Assembly: GCA_965216635.1 (NCBI GenBank)
Contig: OZ244188.1
Coordinates: 160,001-224,000 of the forward strand
Source of the DNA: a bacterium
GTDB taxonomy: Bacteria > SAR324 > XYD2-FULL-50-16 > G965216635
DNA: 64,000 nt
Direction of reading: 5' to 3'
This document shows positions 20,095 to 30,501 of the stretch, one piece after another (within the stretch, counting starts at the first letter, position 1; each line of letters starts with the position of its first letter). The notes beneath the pieces are model-generated. The model was not told the DNA's origin, searched no databases, and saw only the letters and a list, made by a program, of their open reading frames with translations. A program made the translations under genes and the position numbers.

Positions 20095-20673
20095 ATGAAA
20101 AAATTTATAATCAGTATGTCAATTTTATTCTCTCTTTTAGCTGCCAACGAGGCTATGGCTGACGAATTTCCTAAAGTGGAAATAAAAACCAATCAAGGTA
20201 TAATTGTTTTAGAACTCAACTCTAAATTAACTCCTGTTACTGCAGAAAATTTTTTGAAATATGTAGGATCTAATTTTTATGATGGCACTATTTTTCATCG
20301 TGTGATTGGAAATTTTATGATTCAGGGTGGTGGTTATACTCAAGATTTTAAAGAAAAACCAACACTTGATGCCATAGAAAACGAATCTCGTCAGGGATTC
20401 CAAGCTGGTTTAAAAAACGATAGAGGCACTATTGCAATGGCAAGAACAAATGATCCTCATTCAGCAACATCGCAGTTTTTTATTAATGTTGTAGATAATG
20501 ATTTTTTAAACTATAGCTCTTCTAATGCGGGTTACGCAGTTTTTGGAAAGGTTATAGAGGGTATGGATGTTGTAGATAAAATCAGACTTATTCCAACAGG
20601 TGCTGCTGGCTTTTTTCCAACCGATGTCCCACAAACACCAGTAGTTATTGAATCTGTGAAAGTTTTGCGTTAG
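20095..20673 (+). CDS. ppiA: Periplasmic cyclophilin-type peptidyl-prolyl isomerase
   Basis: [38 protein letters not shown]; signal peptide. Confidence 0.93.
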   Translation: MKKFIISMSILFSLLAANEAMADEFPKVEIKTNQGIIVLELNSKLTPVTAENFLKYVGSNFYDGTIFHRVIGNFMIQGGGYTQDFKEKPTLDAIENESRQGFQAGLKNDRGTIAMARTNDPHSATSQFFINVVDNDFLNYSSSNAGYAVFGKVIEGMDVVDKIRLIPTGAAGFFPTDVPQTPVVIESVKVLR

Positions 20674-20767
20674 ATATGACGCCCTCCAGTAATCTCTTTA
20701 GAGATATTCATTATAGTATAGACTTCATCCTGTTACGTCTTAATTGGCTTTTTTTTATCATCAAACA

Positions 20768-22423
20768 ATGCAAACAAACGAAAAAAAAAAACTGATCCAA
20801 GAAGCTGCTTTTGTTCCTTTTTGGGTGTTGAATAGTCGTCAATTATGCGACCTTGAATTACTTCTTAGCGGTAGTTTTGCACCTATGAATAGTTTTTTAG
20901 GGCAAAAAGATTACGAATCTGTATTAGCTAAAATGCGAATGGCAGATAACTCACTTATGCCTATCCCTGTTACCTTAGATGTTTCTGAAAAATTTATTGA
21001 ACCGCTTTCTGTAGGAGAAAAAATTGCTTTACGAACATCGGATATGACTCCGTTAGCTATTTTAACCATTTCTGAAATATGGAAACCTGATTTTGAAAAA
21101 GAAGCTCAAGCAGTTTATGGAACTTGTGATCAAACACACCCTGGAGTAGATTATCTGATGAGTTCTACAAATCCTTTTTATATTAGTGGAGAAATTCAAA
21201 AAATTAGCCTACCTCAATACCCTGATTATAAAGCATTAAGATATACCCCAGAGACTTTAAAAGCCTTCTTCAAGGAGCAAAAATGGGAGCAGATAGTAGC
21301 CTTTCAGACTCGCAACCCAATGCACAGAGCACATGTAGAATTGACACAGTATGCAATGCAAAAAAGTAATGCAAAACTATTACTACACCCTGTCGTAGGA
21401 GTCACAAAACCCGGTGATATAGACTATTACACGAGAGTGAAATGCTACTTAGAAATTTTGAAATACTACCCTAAGGACAGTGCAAAATTAGCACTATTGC
21501 CTCTCGCTATGAGGATGGCAGGACCTCGCGAAGCAATTTGGCACGGTTTAATTCGTAAAAATTATGGCTGTAATCACTTTATTATAGGTAGAGACCACGC
21601 AGGACCAGGTGTAGATAAACAAGGAAAACCATTTTATGAGGAATACGAAGCACAAGAATTATTCCAAAAGCACGAAAAAGAATTAGGTATTAAAATGATA
21701 GCTATAGAAAAAATAGGTTATTCTCCTTCACAAAAAAAATATATTTTTCAAAAAGATTTTACCGAAGAAACAAAGTTTATTTCAGGGACTAAAATGAGAA
21801 AGATGCAAGAAGAAGGAGAACAAATTCCAGAATGGTTCACTTATTCAGAAGTAGCAAAACAACTACAAGAATCTTATCCTCCATTGAAAAAAAGAGGTTT
21901 TACTGTTTTTTTTACAGGGCTTTCTGGATCAGGTAAGTCTACACTCGCTCAAGCCTTAATCGTAAAGATTAGAGAAAAAACCTATCGTGGCATTACGCTA
22001 CTAGATGGAGATATTGTCCGCAGTAACCTTTCCAGTGAATTAGGATTTTCTAAAGAACATCGTTCTATTAATATACGGCGTATAGGTTTTGTTGCTAGTG
22101 AAATCACAAAAAACAACGGTGTTGCTATTTGTGCTCCCATTGCTCCTTATGCAGAAGATCGTCTTTTCAATCGTAAGTTGATTTCAGAAGTCGGGGGTTA
22201 TATTGAGGTTTATGTGAATACACCTTTTTCAGTTTGTGCAGAACGTGATGTAAAAGGATTTTATTTGCGGGCTAGTAAAAAGCTAACCAAAAATTTTACC
22301 GGTGTAGATGATCCTTATGAAGAGCCCCGAAATCCTGATATAGTAGTAACTACAACAGTAGATTCTGTTGAAAAAAGCACTCTATCTATTGTAAAAAAAA
22401 TTGAAGAATTAGGTTATATCTAA
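20768..22423 (+). CDS. sat: Bifunctional sulfate adenylyltransferase / adenylylsulfate kinase
   Basis: AFQTRNPMHRAH and GRDHAG motifs, then APS kinase TGLSGSGKST and LDGD; ATG 20768 preferred. Confidence 0.95.
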   Translation: MQTNEKKKLIQEAAFVPFWVLNSRQLCDLELLLSGSFAPMNSFLGQKDYESVLAKMRMADNSLMPIPVTLDVSEKFIEPLSVGEKIALRTSDMTPLAILTISEIWKPDFEKEAQAVYGTCDQTHPGVDYLMSSTNPFYISGEIQKISLPQYPDYKALRYTPETLKAFFKEQKWEQIVAFQTRNPMHRAHVELTQYAMQKSNAKLLLHPVVGVTKPGDIDYYTRVKCYLEILKYYPKDSAKLALLPLAMRMAGPREAIWHGLIRKNYGCNHFIIGRDHAGPGVDKQGKPFYEEYEAQELFQKHEKELGIKMIAIEKIGYSPSQKKYIFQKDFTEETKFISGTKMRKMQEEGEQIPEWFTYSEVAKQLQESYPPLKKRGFTVFFTGLSGSGKSTLAQALIVKIREKTYRGITLLDGDIVRSNLSSELGFSKEHRSINIRRIGFVASEITKNNGVAICAPIAPYAEDRLFNRKLISEVGGYIEVYVNTPFSVCAERDVKGFYLRASKKLTKNFTGVDDPYEEPRNPDIVVTTTVDSVEKSTLSIVKKIEELGYI

Positions 22424-22507
22424 AATAAAAAAATCAAATATGTTATTATTTTTTTATTGACAATTAGTAGTTATTCGTTTAGTGGTATTAGTTTAAGTTA
22501 TTTTAAT

Positions 22508-23746
22508 ATGAAAAAAATAAAAGTAGATAATCCCATTGTAGAATTAGACGGCGATGAAATGACCCGTGTCATTTGGAAATTCATTAAGGACAAACTGATT
22601 TTACCTTACTTGGATTTGCCGATTGAATATTTTGATTTGGGAATCCAAAACAGAGATGCTACTGAAGATAAAGTCACTCTCGCAGCAGCAGAAGCAATTA
22701 AAAAATACAATGTAGGTATTAAGTGTGCCACGATCACACCTGATGAAGCGAGAATAAAAGAGTTTGGCTTAAAAAAAAAATGGAATAGTCCTAATGGGAC
22801 AATTAGAAATACTATTGGAGGCACAGTATTTCGTGAACCTATTATTTGTAAAAATATCCCCCGTCTAGTTTCTAACTGGACAAAACCAATAGTGATTGGA
22901 AGACATGCTTTTGGAGATCAGTATAGAGCAAAAAGTATGTTAATACCGGGTAAAGGAAGTTTAAGTTTAGTATTTACTCCAGCCGATGGCTCCAAAACTC
23001 TGACCAGAGAAATTTTTGATTTTCCTTCCGAAGGAGTAGCAATGGGAATGTCTAACCTCAAAGATTCAATTCAAGGTTTTGCTAGAGCTTCTCTCAGCTA
23101 TGGACTGCAGAAAAAATGGCCCGTCTATTTTTCTACTAAAAACACTATTCTCAATATTTACGACGGTTATTTTAAAAACATTTTTAGTGAAATTTTTGAA
23201 GCAGAATTTAAAGAACTTTTTGAAAAAGCAGGCATTACCTACGAACATCGTTTGATTGATGATATGGTAGCTGCCGCTCTCAAATGGTCTGGAGGTTTTG
23301 TTTGGGCTTGTAAAAATTACGACGGGGATGTGCAATCTGATACTGTGGCGCAAGGTTTTGGTTCTTTAGGCTTGATGACTTCGGTATTATTGGCATCCGA
23401 TGGCAAAACTATGGAATCAGAAGCTGCTCACGGCACGGTCACCCGCCATTTTCGCTTGCACCAAAAAGGAGAAGAGACTAGCACAAACCCTATCGCAAGT
23501 ATTTTTGCTTGGACGAGAGGGCTTATTCATAGAGGCAAACTGGATTCCAATCAACCTTTAGTGGATTTTGCTGTGCAGTTGGAGAAAGTTTGTATAGCCA
23601 CAGTAGAAGCAGGTTTTATGACAAAAGATTTGGCTGTTAACATTAAAGGCGACAAGACACAAAGAAGCGATTATCTCAATACGCAAGAATTTTTAGATAA
23701 ATTGGATATAGAGCTTTCTCAAGGAGCTCAAAGCCATCATAACTAA
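22508..23746 (+). CDS. icd: NADP-dependent isocitrate dehydrogenase (type II, eukaryote-like)
   Basis: [47 protein letters not shown]. Confidence 0.97.
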   Translation: MKKIKVDNPIVELDGDEMTRVIWKFIKDKLILPYLDLPIEYFDLGIQNRDATEDKVTLAAAEAIKKYNVGIKCATITPDEARIKEFGLKKKWNSPNGTIRNTIGGTVFREPIICKNIPRLVSNWTKPIVIGRHAFGDQYRAKSMLIPGKGSLSLVFTPADGSKTLTREIFDFPSEGVAMGMSNLKDSIQGFARASLSYGLQKKWPVYFSTKNTILNIYDGYFKNIFSEIFEAEFKELFEKAGITYEHRLIDDMVAAALKWSGGFVWACKNYDGDVQSDTVAQGFGSLGLMTSVLLASDGKTMESEAAHGTVTRHFRLHQKGEETSTNPIASIFAWTRGLIHRGKLDSNQPLVDFAVQLEKVCIATVEAGFMTKDLAVNIKGDKTQRSDYLNTQEFLDKLDIELSQGAQSHHN

Positions 23747-23748
23747 TG

Positions 23749-23800
23749 CAAAGATTTCTTTCAAACTTTAGATTGAAAAAATCTTTGAATGGGCTATAGT
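23749..23800 (+). promoter_or_regulatory. Inverted repeat overlapping a putative TA promoter (operator or icd terminator)
   Basis: CAAAGATTTCTTTCAA-8-TTGAAAAAATCTTTG; TTGAAA(23773)-16-TATAGT. Confidence 0.5.
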
Positions 23801-23824
23801 TTTAGAAAATTATTAAAAAACAAA

Positions 23825-24334
23825 ATGGATATTAAAAATTTGGTGCTTTTTATTTTGAATAACTGCAAGCCTAATATGGGAGTAAAAAAGCTTAACAAAT
23901 TAGCTTTTTTGTTGGAGTTCACTTATATTTTTGATCATTTTGATGGTGATTTTAGTAAACATAAAAAGCTAACAAAAACTAATTTTGTAGCTTTACCCAT
24001 GGGTCCCGTGATTCAGGATTACAAAGAATTATTCCAAGGGATGAAAAAAGAAAAATTGATTGTGCAAAATACAAAAGCAGATATAGGTAAAATTGATTAT
24101 CTTCCGCTAGTCAATAGAGATTTTGAAATTGACGAGAATAAGAAAAATTTTTTGTTACGAGTTTTGGATAAATACAAAAATCTCTCCGCAGCACAATTAC
24201 AAAACTATACTCATTCTTTGGATAGTTACGGTATTACTATGTCAGAAAACAACAACAAACCCGGTAAAATTATAGATAAAGAGCTGGCTCATTTGGACGC
24301 TATTTTATCTTTAGAAAATCTGATGGACGATTAA
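23825..24334 (+). CDS. Panacea (DUF4065/SocA-like) domain antitoxin
   Basis: KLNKLAFLLE, FVALPMGPV, YKNLSAAQLQNYTH match the KL.KL.Y / GPV / L...TH motifs. Confidence 0.82.
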   Translation: MDIKNLVLFILNNCKPNMGVKKLNKLAFLLEFTYIFDHFDGDFSKHKKLTKTNFVALPMGPVIQDYKELFQGMKKEKLIVQNTKADIGKIDYLPLVNRDFEIDENKKNFLLRVLDKYKNLSAAQLQNYTHSLDSYGITMSENNNKPGKIIDKELAHLDAILSLENLMDD

Positions 24335-24339
24335 AATCT

Positions 24340-24618
24340 ATGCAGGTTATTCAGGTGATCTATGAACCAGATTTTGAAAAAAATTCTAAAAAAGAATTGC
24401 AAAAGAATTATTCTCAAGTAAAAAAAATTTTTGATAGAAAAGTCAATTTTCTTCTAAAGGAAGGACTTTTATACCCCTCTCTAAACACCAAAAAAACTGA
24501 ACCAAAATCAAGCAATATTTGGGAGTTTTACATCACAAGAAAAGAATATCGTTGTTTTTTTCGTTATGATAAGAAAGAAAAAACAACGACTAATATAAAA
24601 ATAGGCAAACACTTATAA
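24340..24618 (+). CDS. RelE/ParE-superfamily toxin (putative mRNase)
   Basis: 92 aa, basic; YPSLNTKK...IWEFYIT...YRCFF...IGKH; 5 nt downstream of the antitoxin. Confidence 0.72.
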   Translation: MQVIQVIYEPDFEKNSKKELQKNYSQVKKIFDRKVNFLLKEGLLYPSLNTKKTEPKSSNIWEFYITRKEYRCFFRYDKKEKTTTNIKIGKHL

Positions 24619-24650
24619 TTTGAATCTGCATAACTTAAAACTGCATAACT

Positions 24651-27116
24651 ATGAAATTATCTTTAAACTGGTTAAAAGACTATGTTACTTTACCAGAAAT
24701 TACCGCTGAAGAACTACTAAGCAAGGTGTCTCTTAGTGTTTGTGAAATGGAAAGTTGCGTGGTTGTTGGAGATTGCTTAAAAAAAATTGTAGTAAGTGAA
24801 GTTTTGGAAATTAATCCGCACCCTAATGCAGATAGATTGACTTTGGTGAAAGTAAGCACAGGCAAAGAAATGTTTGAGGTGGTCTGCGGAGCAAAAAATT
24901 TTTCTGTAGGCGACAAAGTGCCTTACGCTCCTTTAGGCACTGCTCTCATAGATTTTACGGTGAAAAAAGCAAAAATCAGAGGGGTTGAGAGTTGCGGTGT
25001 GCTTTGTGCGGAAGATGAAATAGGCTTTGGAGAGGATCATAGCGGATTGATGCTTTTGGATAAAAAAGAAAAATTAGGAAAGCCATTAGCAGAAATTTAT
25101 CCCGATCAATTAGATACAATTTTGGATTTGGATAATAAGTCTATCAATCACCGACCTGATCTTTGGGGGCATTATGGCTTTGCGAGGGAGCTTTCGGTTT
25201 TGTTTGGGGTGTCTTTTAAGGAATTTTCACCAACTCAAAATATAAAAGGCAAGACGAAAAGCAATTTTTCCATTTCTGTAGAATGCAAAGATTTAGTTCC
25301 AAGATTTTCTGCTTTAGATATAGAAGGCTTACAGATATGCCCCAGTCCCGATTGGCTAAAATTTCGTCTGCATAGAGTAGGTTTGCGAGCAATTAGTAAT
25401 CTTGTAGATGTTACAAACTATGTGATGCTGGATTTAGGACAGCCGATGCATATTTTTGATAAAGAGCGGTTGAGTTCCTCCCAGCTAGTAGTTCGCAAAG
25501 CCAAAGCCAAAGAAAAGCTGACTACTCTAAAAGAAAAAGAAATAGAATTATGCGAGGAAGATATTTGCATTTCCGATGGCAAAAAACCTGTTTCTTTAGC
25601 GGGGGTTATGGGTGGTTTAAATAGTGGCATTCAAGAAAACACCAAAAATACTTTGCTAGAGGCTGCTTGCTGGGATGCAAGCACTATCCGTAAAACTGCA
25701 GCGAGAACGAAACAGCGCACCGATGCTAGTCAAAGGTTTGAAAAATCATTAGACCCAACACTTACTTCTTTGGGAATTTATAAAGCAGTAGAAATTTTAA
25801 AAATTTCTAATCCCAATTTAGAAATAAAAGGAGAATTGATAGATATAGCCTCACCTGAAATTACCCCCCAACCTCAAGAGCAAACAATAGAATTTCAACC
25901 GAAAGATTGCGATAGAATTTTAGGAGTAAGTGTGCCCAAAGAAAAAATGAAAGAAATTCTTTTAGGACTGGGTTTTAAGATTGAAGAAAAAAACGAAAGA
26001 TGGCGAGTCAAAGTGCCTAGCTGGAGAGCGACTAGGGATGTTGCTATTGCAGAAGATTTAATTGAAGAAATAGGGAGATTTTACGGATACGATAAAATTA
26101 AGGCAGAAGCACCAGTCTTTCCAGTTTTGCATCCAGAAATAAACCAACAAAGAAAACTGGAAAGAAAAGCAAAACAAATTTTAGTGGATAGGGGGTATTT
26201 TGAAACCTTTAGTTATCCTTTGAGTAGTGAAGAGAGAGAAAAGGAGTGGAGTATTCCTAATTTAAAACAAGGTAAGATGCTTATCAATCCGACATCAGAA
26301 GAAGAAACTAGAATGAGATTAAGTTTATTGCCTCAAGTCTGTGACGCAGTTTCTTTGAATACGAAGGAATATTCTCATTTTCGTTTTTTTGAATTGGGTA
26401 GGATTTATACTTGGGATGACGCTATTTCATCCACTCGGCAACCACAAGAAGAAAATATATTTTTTTGGGCTGCTTACGATGAAAAGATTAGCCTTGGTGA
26501 ACTTTTTGAATCAGTAAAAACAGACCTTTTTATTTGGCTTGCCAAACTATTGCAAAAATCTTGTGTTCTAAAACCGCTAGCCCAAAAACCACTAAAGGCA
26601 GAACAGACAAATCTAAAGGCAGAAAGTGATTTTCACCCTTACGCTAACGCAGAAATTTTAATTGAGCCAAAAAACTATTTAAATAAAAACTATTCGCAAA
26701 AAATAGGTAGAATTTTTTCTTTTACTCCCCTTAAAAGAAAGCAGCTCGGTTGGGATGGGAATGCAGTTTTTATAGAATTGAATTTTGATTTAGTCTTTCA
26801 AAGAGTGAAAAGAAGCTCACAGAATATGTTTGTAGAACCAAATAAGTATCCACCCGCGAAATTTGAAATATCTTTGGTTGTGCCTATCCGCACTTATTTC
26901 TCTGAATTGGAAGTGATCGCAAAAAAAATTGAAATACTAGAAAAAATAGAATTTCAATACGATTATTTTCTACCCGAACAGCCTGATAAAAAATCTGTTA
27001 CCTTAGCTATGACTTTTCGTTCTAAAGAGCAAACTGTGGATAGCGAGCGTTTAACCAAAATACAAGATTCCATAGTAGCTTCTTTTGAAGAGAAAGGTTT
27101 TATGCTCCGTCGTTAG
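24651..27116 (+). CDS. pheT: Phenylalanine--tRNA ligase beta subunit
   Basis: MKLSLNWLKDY, HPNADRL, VVCGAKN, VDVTNYVM, EDLIEEIGRFYGYD. Confidence 0.97.
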   Translation: MKLSLNWLKDYVTLPEITAEELLSKVSLSVCEMESCVVVGDCLKKIVVSEVLEINPHPNADRLTLVKVSTGKEMFEVVCGAKNFSVGDKVPYAPLGTALIDFTVKKAKIRGVESCGVLCAEDEIGFGEDHSGLMLLDKKEKLGKPLAEIYPDQLDTILDLDNKSINHRPDLWGHYGFARELSVLFGVSFKEFSPTQNIKGKTKSNFSISVECKDLVPRFSALDIEGLQICPSPDWLKFRLHRVGLRAISNLVDVTNYVMLDLGQPMHIFDKERLSSSQLVVRKAKAKEKLTTLKEKEIELCEEDICISDGKKPVSLAGVMGGLNSGIQENTKNTLLEAACWDASTIRKTAARTKQRTDASQRFEKSLDPTLTSLGIYKAVEILKISNPNLEIKGELIDIASPEITPQPQEQTIEFQPKDCDRILGVSVPKEKMKEILLGLGFKIEEKNERWRVKVPSWRATRDVAIAEDLIEEIGRFYGYDKIKAEAPVFPVLHPEINQQRKLERKAKQILVDRGYFETFSYPLSSEEREKEWSIPNLKQGKMLINPTSEEETRMRLSLLPQVCDAVSLNTKEYSHFRFFELGRIYTWDDAISSTRQPQEENIFFWAAYDEKISLGELFESVKTDLFIWLAKLLQKSCVLKPLAQKPLKAEQTNLKAESDFHPYANAEILIEPKNYLNKNYSQKIGRIFSFTPLKRKQLGWDGNAVFIELNFDLVFQRVKRSSQNMFVEPNKYPPAKFEISLVVPIRTYFSELEVIAKKIEILEKIEFQYDYFLPEQPDKKSVTLAMTFRSKEQTVDSERLTKIQDSIVASFEEKGFMLRR

Positions 27117-27125
27117 TTATTCTGG

Positions 27126-27162
27126 TGCCAATTATTTAGGTTGCCAATTATTTAGGTTGCCA
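27126..27162. repeat. 16-bp tandem repeat TGCCAATTATTTAGGT x2.3 with degenerate flanking copies
   Basis: Seen directly downstream of the pheT stop. Confidence 0.85.
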
Positions 27163-27288
27163 GTAACAATAAAGGCATTATTCTAGTGCTAGTTATTGGA
27201 GTTTTTTTTGTAGATTTTGCCTGAATTTTGCAATAATCAGCTACAAGTTGTAATTTTTAACATTTTTAACAACCAACGAATACCAATT

Positions 27289-27609
27289 ATGGCAAAATAC
27301 ATTGTAAGATACGCACTCAAAAATAGAGACAGCGAAAACACAGATTTAGAAAAAATACTTCATAAAATATCTACTTCTTGCGAAAAAATTGCAAAGGCAA
27401 CCTTTGTGATTGATTCTGAGAAGACAGCTAGAAGAGTAATGGAAAGTCTCGCTTCGGAGATGAATATTAAAGACAACTTCATGGAGGAATTTTATACAGC
27501 GCTTCCAGCAGCACTTTATAATACTATTGGGGCAGATTCTGCTAATTACGCTACAGATAAAATCTTTATTGGAGAATTGAGAGGAAAGGCTGCGTGGTGT
27601 TGGAAGTAG
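27289..27609 (+). CDS. Small Cas2/VapD-like ferredoxin-fold hypothetical protein
   Basis: MAKYIVRYAL...DLEKIL...TFVIDS...DKIFIGEL..AAW resembles standalone Y(I/L)(I/V)xYDL proteins. Confidence 0.45.
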   Translation: MAKYIVRYALKNRDSENTDLEKILHKISTSCEKIAKATFVIDSEKTARRVMESLASEMNIKDNFMEEFYTALPAALYNTIGADSANYATDKIFIGELRGKAAWCWK

Positions 27610-27652
27610 GTTTATTTTTTTAAACTCTTCAATTATCTCCCCAATAAAAAAA

Positions 27653-28672
27653 ATGGATTTCATCCAACAGATTCACAAAGCTGCACAAGGCACAAGCAAA
27701 AGGATTGTGTTACCTGAAACAAGCGATGAAAGGATTTTAAAAGCCGCTCACATAATTCAACAAAAAAATATTGCGGAAGTTTTGCTTTTAGGAGAAGCAG
27801 AAAATTTAAAGCAAAAATTTCAAAAACTTGGATTAGATAGTAGCGCTATAAAGTTTGTTTCTTTAGCAGAAAACAAAGAAAATTACGCTGATTTGATGCT
27901 AGAAATCAGAAAAGCCTATACTCAAAAAAAAACTCTCTTAAAATGCGAGGCGCTGAAGCAATTAGAAAATCCACTATATTATGGTTGCTTAATGGTAAAA
28001 AGCGGGGCAGCGGATGGTATGGTAGCAGGTGCTATCCATCCCACTGCAGATGTTCTGCGAGCTGCTTTGAGTTATATTAAATTTCCCTTCTCCTCCGAGC
28101 AAAACAGCAGTTTAGTTTCAGGTTTTTTTTTAGCAGTCTTGCCCCATAATCAATCAGAGGCAAATAATAGTCTCAGCCCTATTTTAGGTTTAGCAGATTG
28201 TGCTGTAAATCCTAACCCTAGCCCCCAACAACTCGCAGAGATTGCGATTAATTCTGCCTCTACTATGGAAAAACTTACCCAGCTAGAACCCAAAGTGGCG
28301 ATGCTTAGTTTTTCTACAAAAGGTAGTGCAACACACAAAATGGTAGAAAAAGTGAATGAAGCTACAAAAATAGCAAAAAAACTAGCCCCTTCTTTGGAGA
28401 TAGACGGAGAAATGCAGTTAGATGCAGCCTTGATAGAAGAGGTAGCCCAAAGCAAAGCACCGCAAAGTTCTGTCGCAGGATATGCGAATGTTTTGATTTT
28501 TCCAGACTTAAATTCTGGTAATATTGGGTATAAAATTATCCAAAGGCTGGGAAAAGCTCAAGTTATAGGACCCATTCTGCAGGGAATGGCAGCTCCAGTG
28601 AATGATCTTTCTCGCGGCTGTAGTATCAACGAAATTGTTAATCTTGTAGCTATTACTTCCCTACAAAGCTAA
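27653..28672 (+). CDS. pta: Phosphate acetyltransferase
   Basis: IVLPETSDER, ADCAVNPNP, MLSFSTKGS, DGEMQLDAAL, FPDLNSGNIGYK, NDLSRGC. Confidence 0.96.
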   Translation: MDFIQQIHKAAQGTSKRIVLPETSDERILKAAHIIQQKNIAEVLLLGEAENLKQKFQKLGLDSSAIKFVSLAENKENYADLMLEIRKAYTQKKTLLKCEALKQLENPLYYGCLMVKSGAADGMVAGAIHPTADVLRAALSYIKFPFSSEQNSSLVSGFFLAVLPHNQSEANNSLSPILGLADCAVNPNPSPQQLAEIAINSASTMEKLTQLEPKVAMLSFSTKGSATHKMVEKVNEATKIAKKLAPSLEIDGEMQLDAALIEEVAQSKAPQSSVAGYANVLIFPDLNSGNIGYKIIQRLGKAQVIGPILQGMAAPVNDLSRGCSINEIVNLVAITSLQS

Positions 28673-28703
28673 CTGTAATTTGCTGAATTAGACATTCTAT
28701 TTA

Positions 28704-28772
28704 TAGATTTTTGAATTTGCTTATCTAGTGTAGCCTATGCAGCGTTGAATTTTTTTTGTCTTGCCTAGCCTT
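28704..28772. mobile_element. Truncated MITE-like repeat
   Basis: TAGATTTTTGAATTTGCTTATCTAGT...AGCCTATGCAGCGTTGAA...TTGCCTAGCC shares blocks with the 20029 and 35558 copies. Confidence 0.7.
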
Positions 28773-28872
28773 CCAATGCCTGATTTTATTTGTGGGAGGG
28801 GATGCAGTTTTTAGGTGGTTTTTGGTGGGGATACGGTTTTTTGATGGGTTTTGACGCGGAGGTATTTTATGT

Positions 28873-29451
28873 TTATGCTGCCACTTTTAAAAATTGTAAC
28901 AATCCAAATATTATAACAATCAATATACCCGTGCTGGTTAGAGTAGTCGCAATAACCCATTTGATTATATGAACTCTACTTTCTGATATTTTTAACTCAA
29001 GGTCGCTTTTGATTTTTGCTATAGTTTCTTTTAGGTTGCTTTTGGTTTCTACGATTTTACTCTCAATATCTTTCAGTTTTAGGTCTGTATCATTTTTATT
29101 GTCTGTTATTATTTTTTCTAGGTCGTTTCTGTTTTTTGTTATTATTTTTTCTAGGTCGTTTCTGTTTTTTGTTATTATTTTTTCTGTATCGTTTTTGTTG
29201 TCTGCTATTATTCTTATCAAGTCGTTTTTGTTCTCTGAAATGATGGATTCCAATCTCCAGATATCGCCTTTGTCCGTAGGAAGAGTGGTATCCAAACCCG
29301 TTTCTGTTGTACTAGAAGCCAAAGCTTTTGGGACCAGTTCTACAAACTCTCCAATAGCAATCTCTGCGCTCTTTTTTTCTGCACCTAGTCCAATCAAAAG
29401 ATCGTAGATTTTAGTAGAAGTAAATTTTTGTGCTGTAGTTGTTCTTAACAT
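28873..29451 (-). CDS. DUF1640/CCDC90/Bdr-like membrane-anchored coiled-coil protein, copy 7 (tail Y)
   Basis: 73-aa constant head ending TDKGDIWRLESIISE, 11-aa repeats, C-terminal IIKWVIATTL TM helix. Confidence 0.85.
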   Translation of the reverse strand: MLRTTTAQKFTSTKIYDLLIGLGAEKKSAEIAIGEFVELVPKALASSTTETGLDTTLPTDKGDIWRLESIISENKNDLIRIIADNKNDTEKIITKNRNDLEKIITKNRNDLEKIITDNKNDTDLKLKDIESKIVETKSNLKETIAKIKSDLELKISESRVHIIKWVIATTLTSTGILIVIIFGLLQFLKVAA

Positions 29452-29458
29452 TTTATTT

Positions 29459-29962
29459 TTAGTTTTGTAAAAATTGCAGTATAGTCACAACCAACCCACC
29501 AACTGCTAACTGGACTGACACACCCCAAAATAATAAAGAGTTTTTATTTTTTTCTGCTTCTGTTCTCATCCTTTCTATTTTTAAATCTATATCCTTAAAT
29601 TTCAGGTCTGTATCGCTTTTGATTTTTGCTATAGTTTCTTTTAGGTCGCTTTTGTTTTTTTCTGCTTCTGTTCTCATCTTTTCTATTTTCAAATCGGTAT
29701 CGTTTTTGTTGTCTGCTATTATTCTTATCAAGTCGTTTTTGTTCTCTGAAATGATGGATTCCAATCTCCAGATATCGCCTTTGTCCGTAGGAAGAGTGGT
29801 ATCCAAACCAGTTTCTGTTGTACTAGAAGCCAAAGCTTTTGGGACCAGTTCTACAAACTCTCCAATAGCAATCTCTGCGCTCTTTTTCTCCGCACCTAGT
29901 CCAATCAAAAGATCGTAGATTTTAGTAGAAGTAAATTTTTGTGCTGTAGTTGTTCTTAACAT
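29459..29962 (-). CDS. DUF1640/Bdr-like protein, copy 6 (tail X)
   Basis: Same head; protein identical to 30502-31005. Confidence 0.85.
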   Translation of the reverse strand: MLRTTTAQKFTSTKIYDLLIGLGAEKKSAEIAIGEFVELVPKALASSTTETGLDTTLPTDKGDIWRLESIISENKNDLIRIIADNKNDTDLKIEKMRTEAEKNKSDLKETIAKIKSDTDLKFKDIDLKIERMRTEAEKNKNSLLFWGVSVQLAVGGLVVTILQFLQN

Positions 29963-29969
29963 TTTATTT

Positions 29970-30494
29970 TTAGTTTTGTAAAAATTGCAATATAGTCACA
30001 ACCAACCCACCAACTGCTAACTGGACTGACACACCCCAAAATAATAAAGAGTTTTTATTTTTTTCTGCTTCTGTTCTCATCCTTTCTATTTTTAAATCTA
30101 TATCCTTAAATTTCAGGTCTGTATCGCTTTTGATTTTTGCTATAGTTTCTTTTAGTTCGCTTTTGTTTTTTTCTGCTTCTGTTCTCATCTTTTCTATTTT
30201 CAAATCGGTATCGCTTTTGCTTTCTATTATTTTTCCCTCAATTTCTTTCAGTTTTATGTCTGTATCGTTTTTGTTCTCTGAAATGATGGATTCCAATCTC
30301 CAGATATCGCCTTTGTCCGTAGGAAGAGTGGTATCCAAACCAGTTTCTGTTGTACTAGAAGCCAAAGCTTTTGGGACCAGTTCTACAAACTCTCCAATAG
30401 CAATCTCTGCGCTCTTTTTTTCTGCACCTAGTCCAATCAAAAGATCGTAGATTTTAGTAGAAGTAAATTTTTGTGCTGTAGTTGTTCTTAACAT
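29970..30494 (-). CDS. DUF1640/Bdr-like protein, copy 5 (tail X)
   Basis: Same head; differs from 31013-31537 by one residue. Confidence 0.85.
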   Translation of the reverse strand: MLRTTTAQKFTSTKIYDLLIGLGAEKKSAEIAIGEFVELVPKALASSTTETGLDTTLPTDKGDIWRLESIISENKNDTDIKLKEIEGKIIESKSDTDLKIEKMRTEAEKNKSELKETIAKIKSDTDLKFKDIDLKIERMRTEAEKNKNSLLFWGVSVQLAVGGLVVTILQFLQN

Positions 30495-30501
30495 TTTATT
30501 T

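Noticed and set aside
27117..27200. Mini CRISPR array next to the Cas2-like gene
   Set aside because: The units are 15-16 bp and contiguous, with no spacers.
28790..28972. 60-aa and 71-aa (31610-31825) ORFs at the array boundaries
   Set aside because: They overlap real genes and the G-tract repeats, with no protein-like features.
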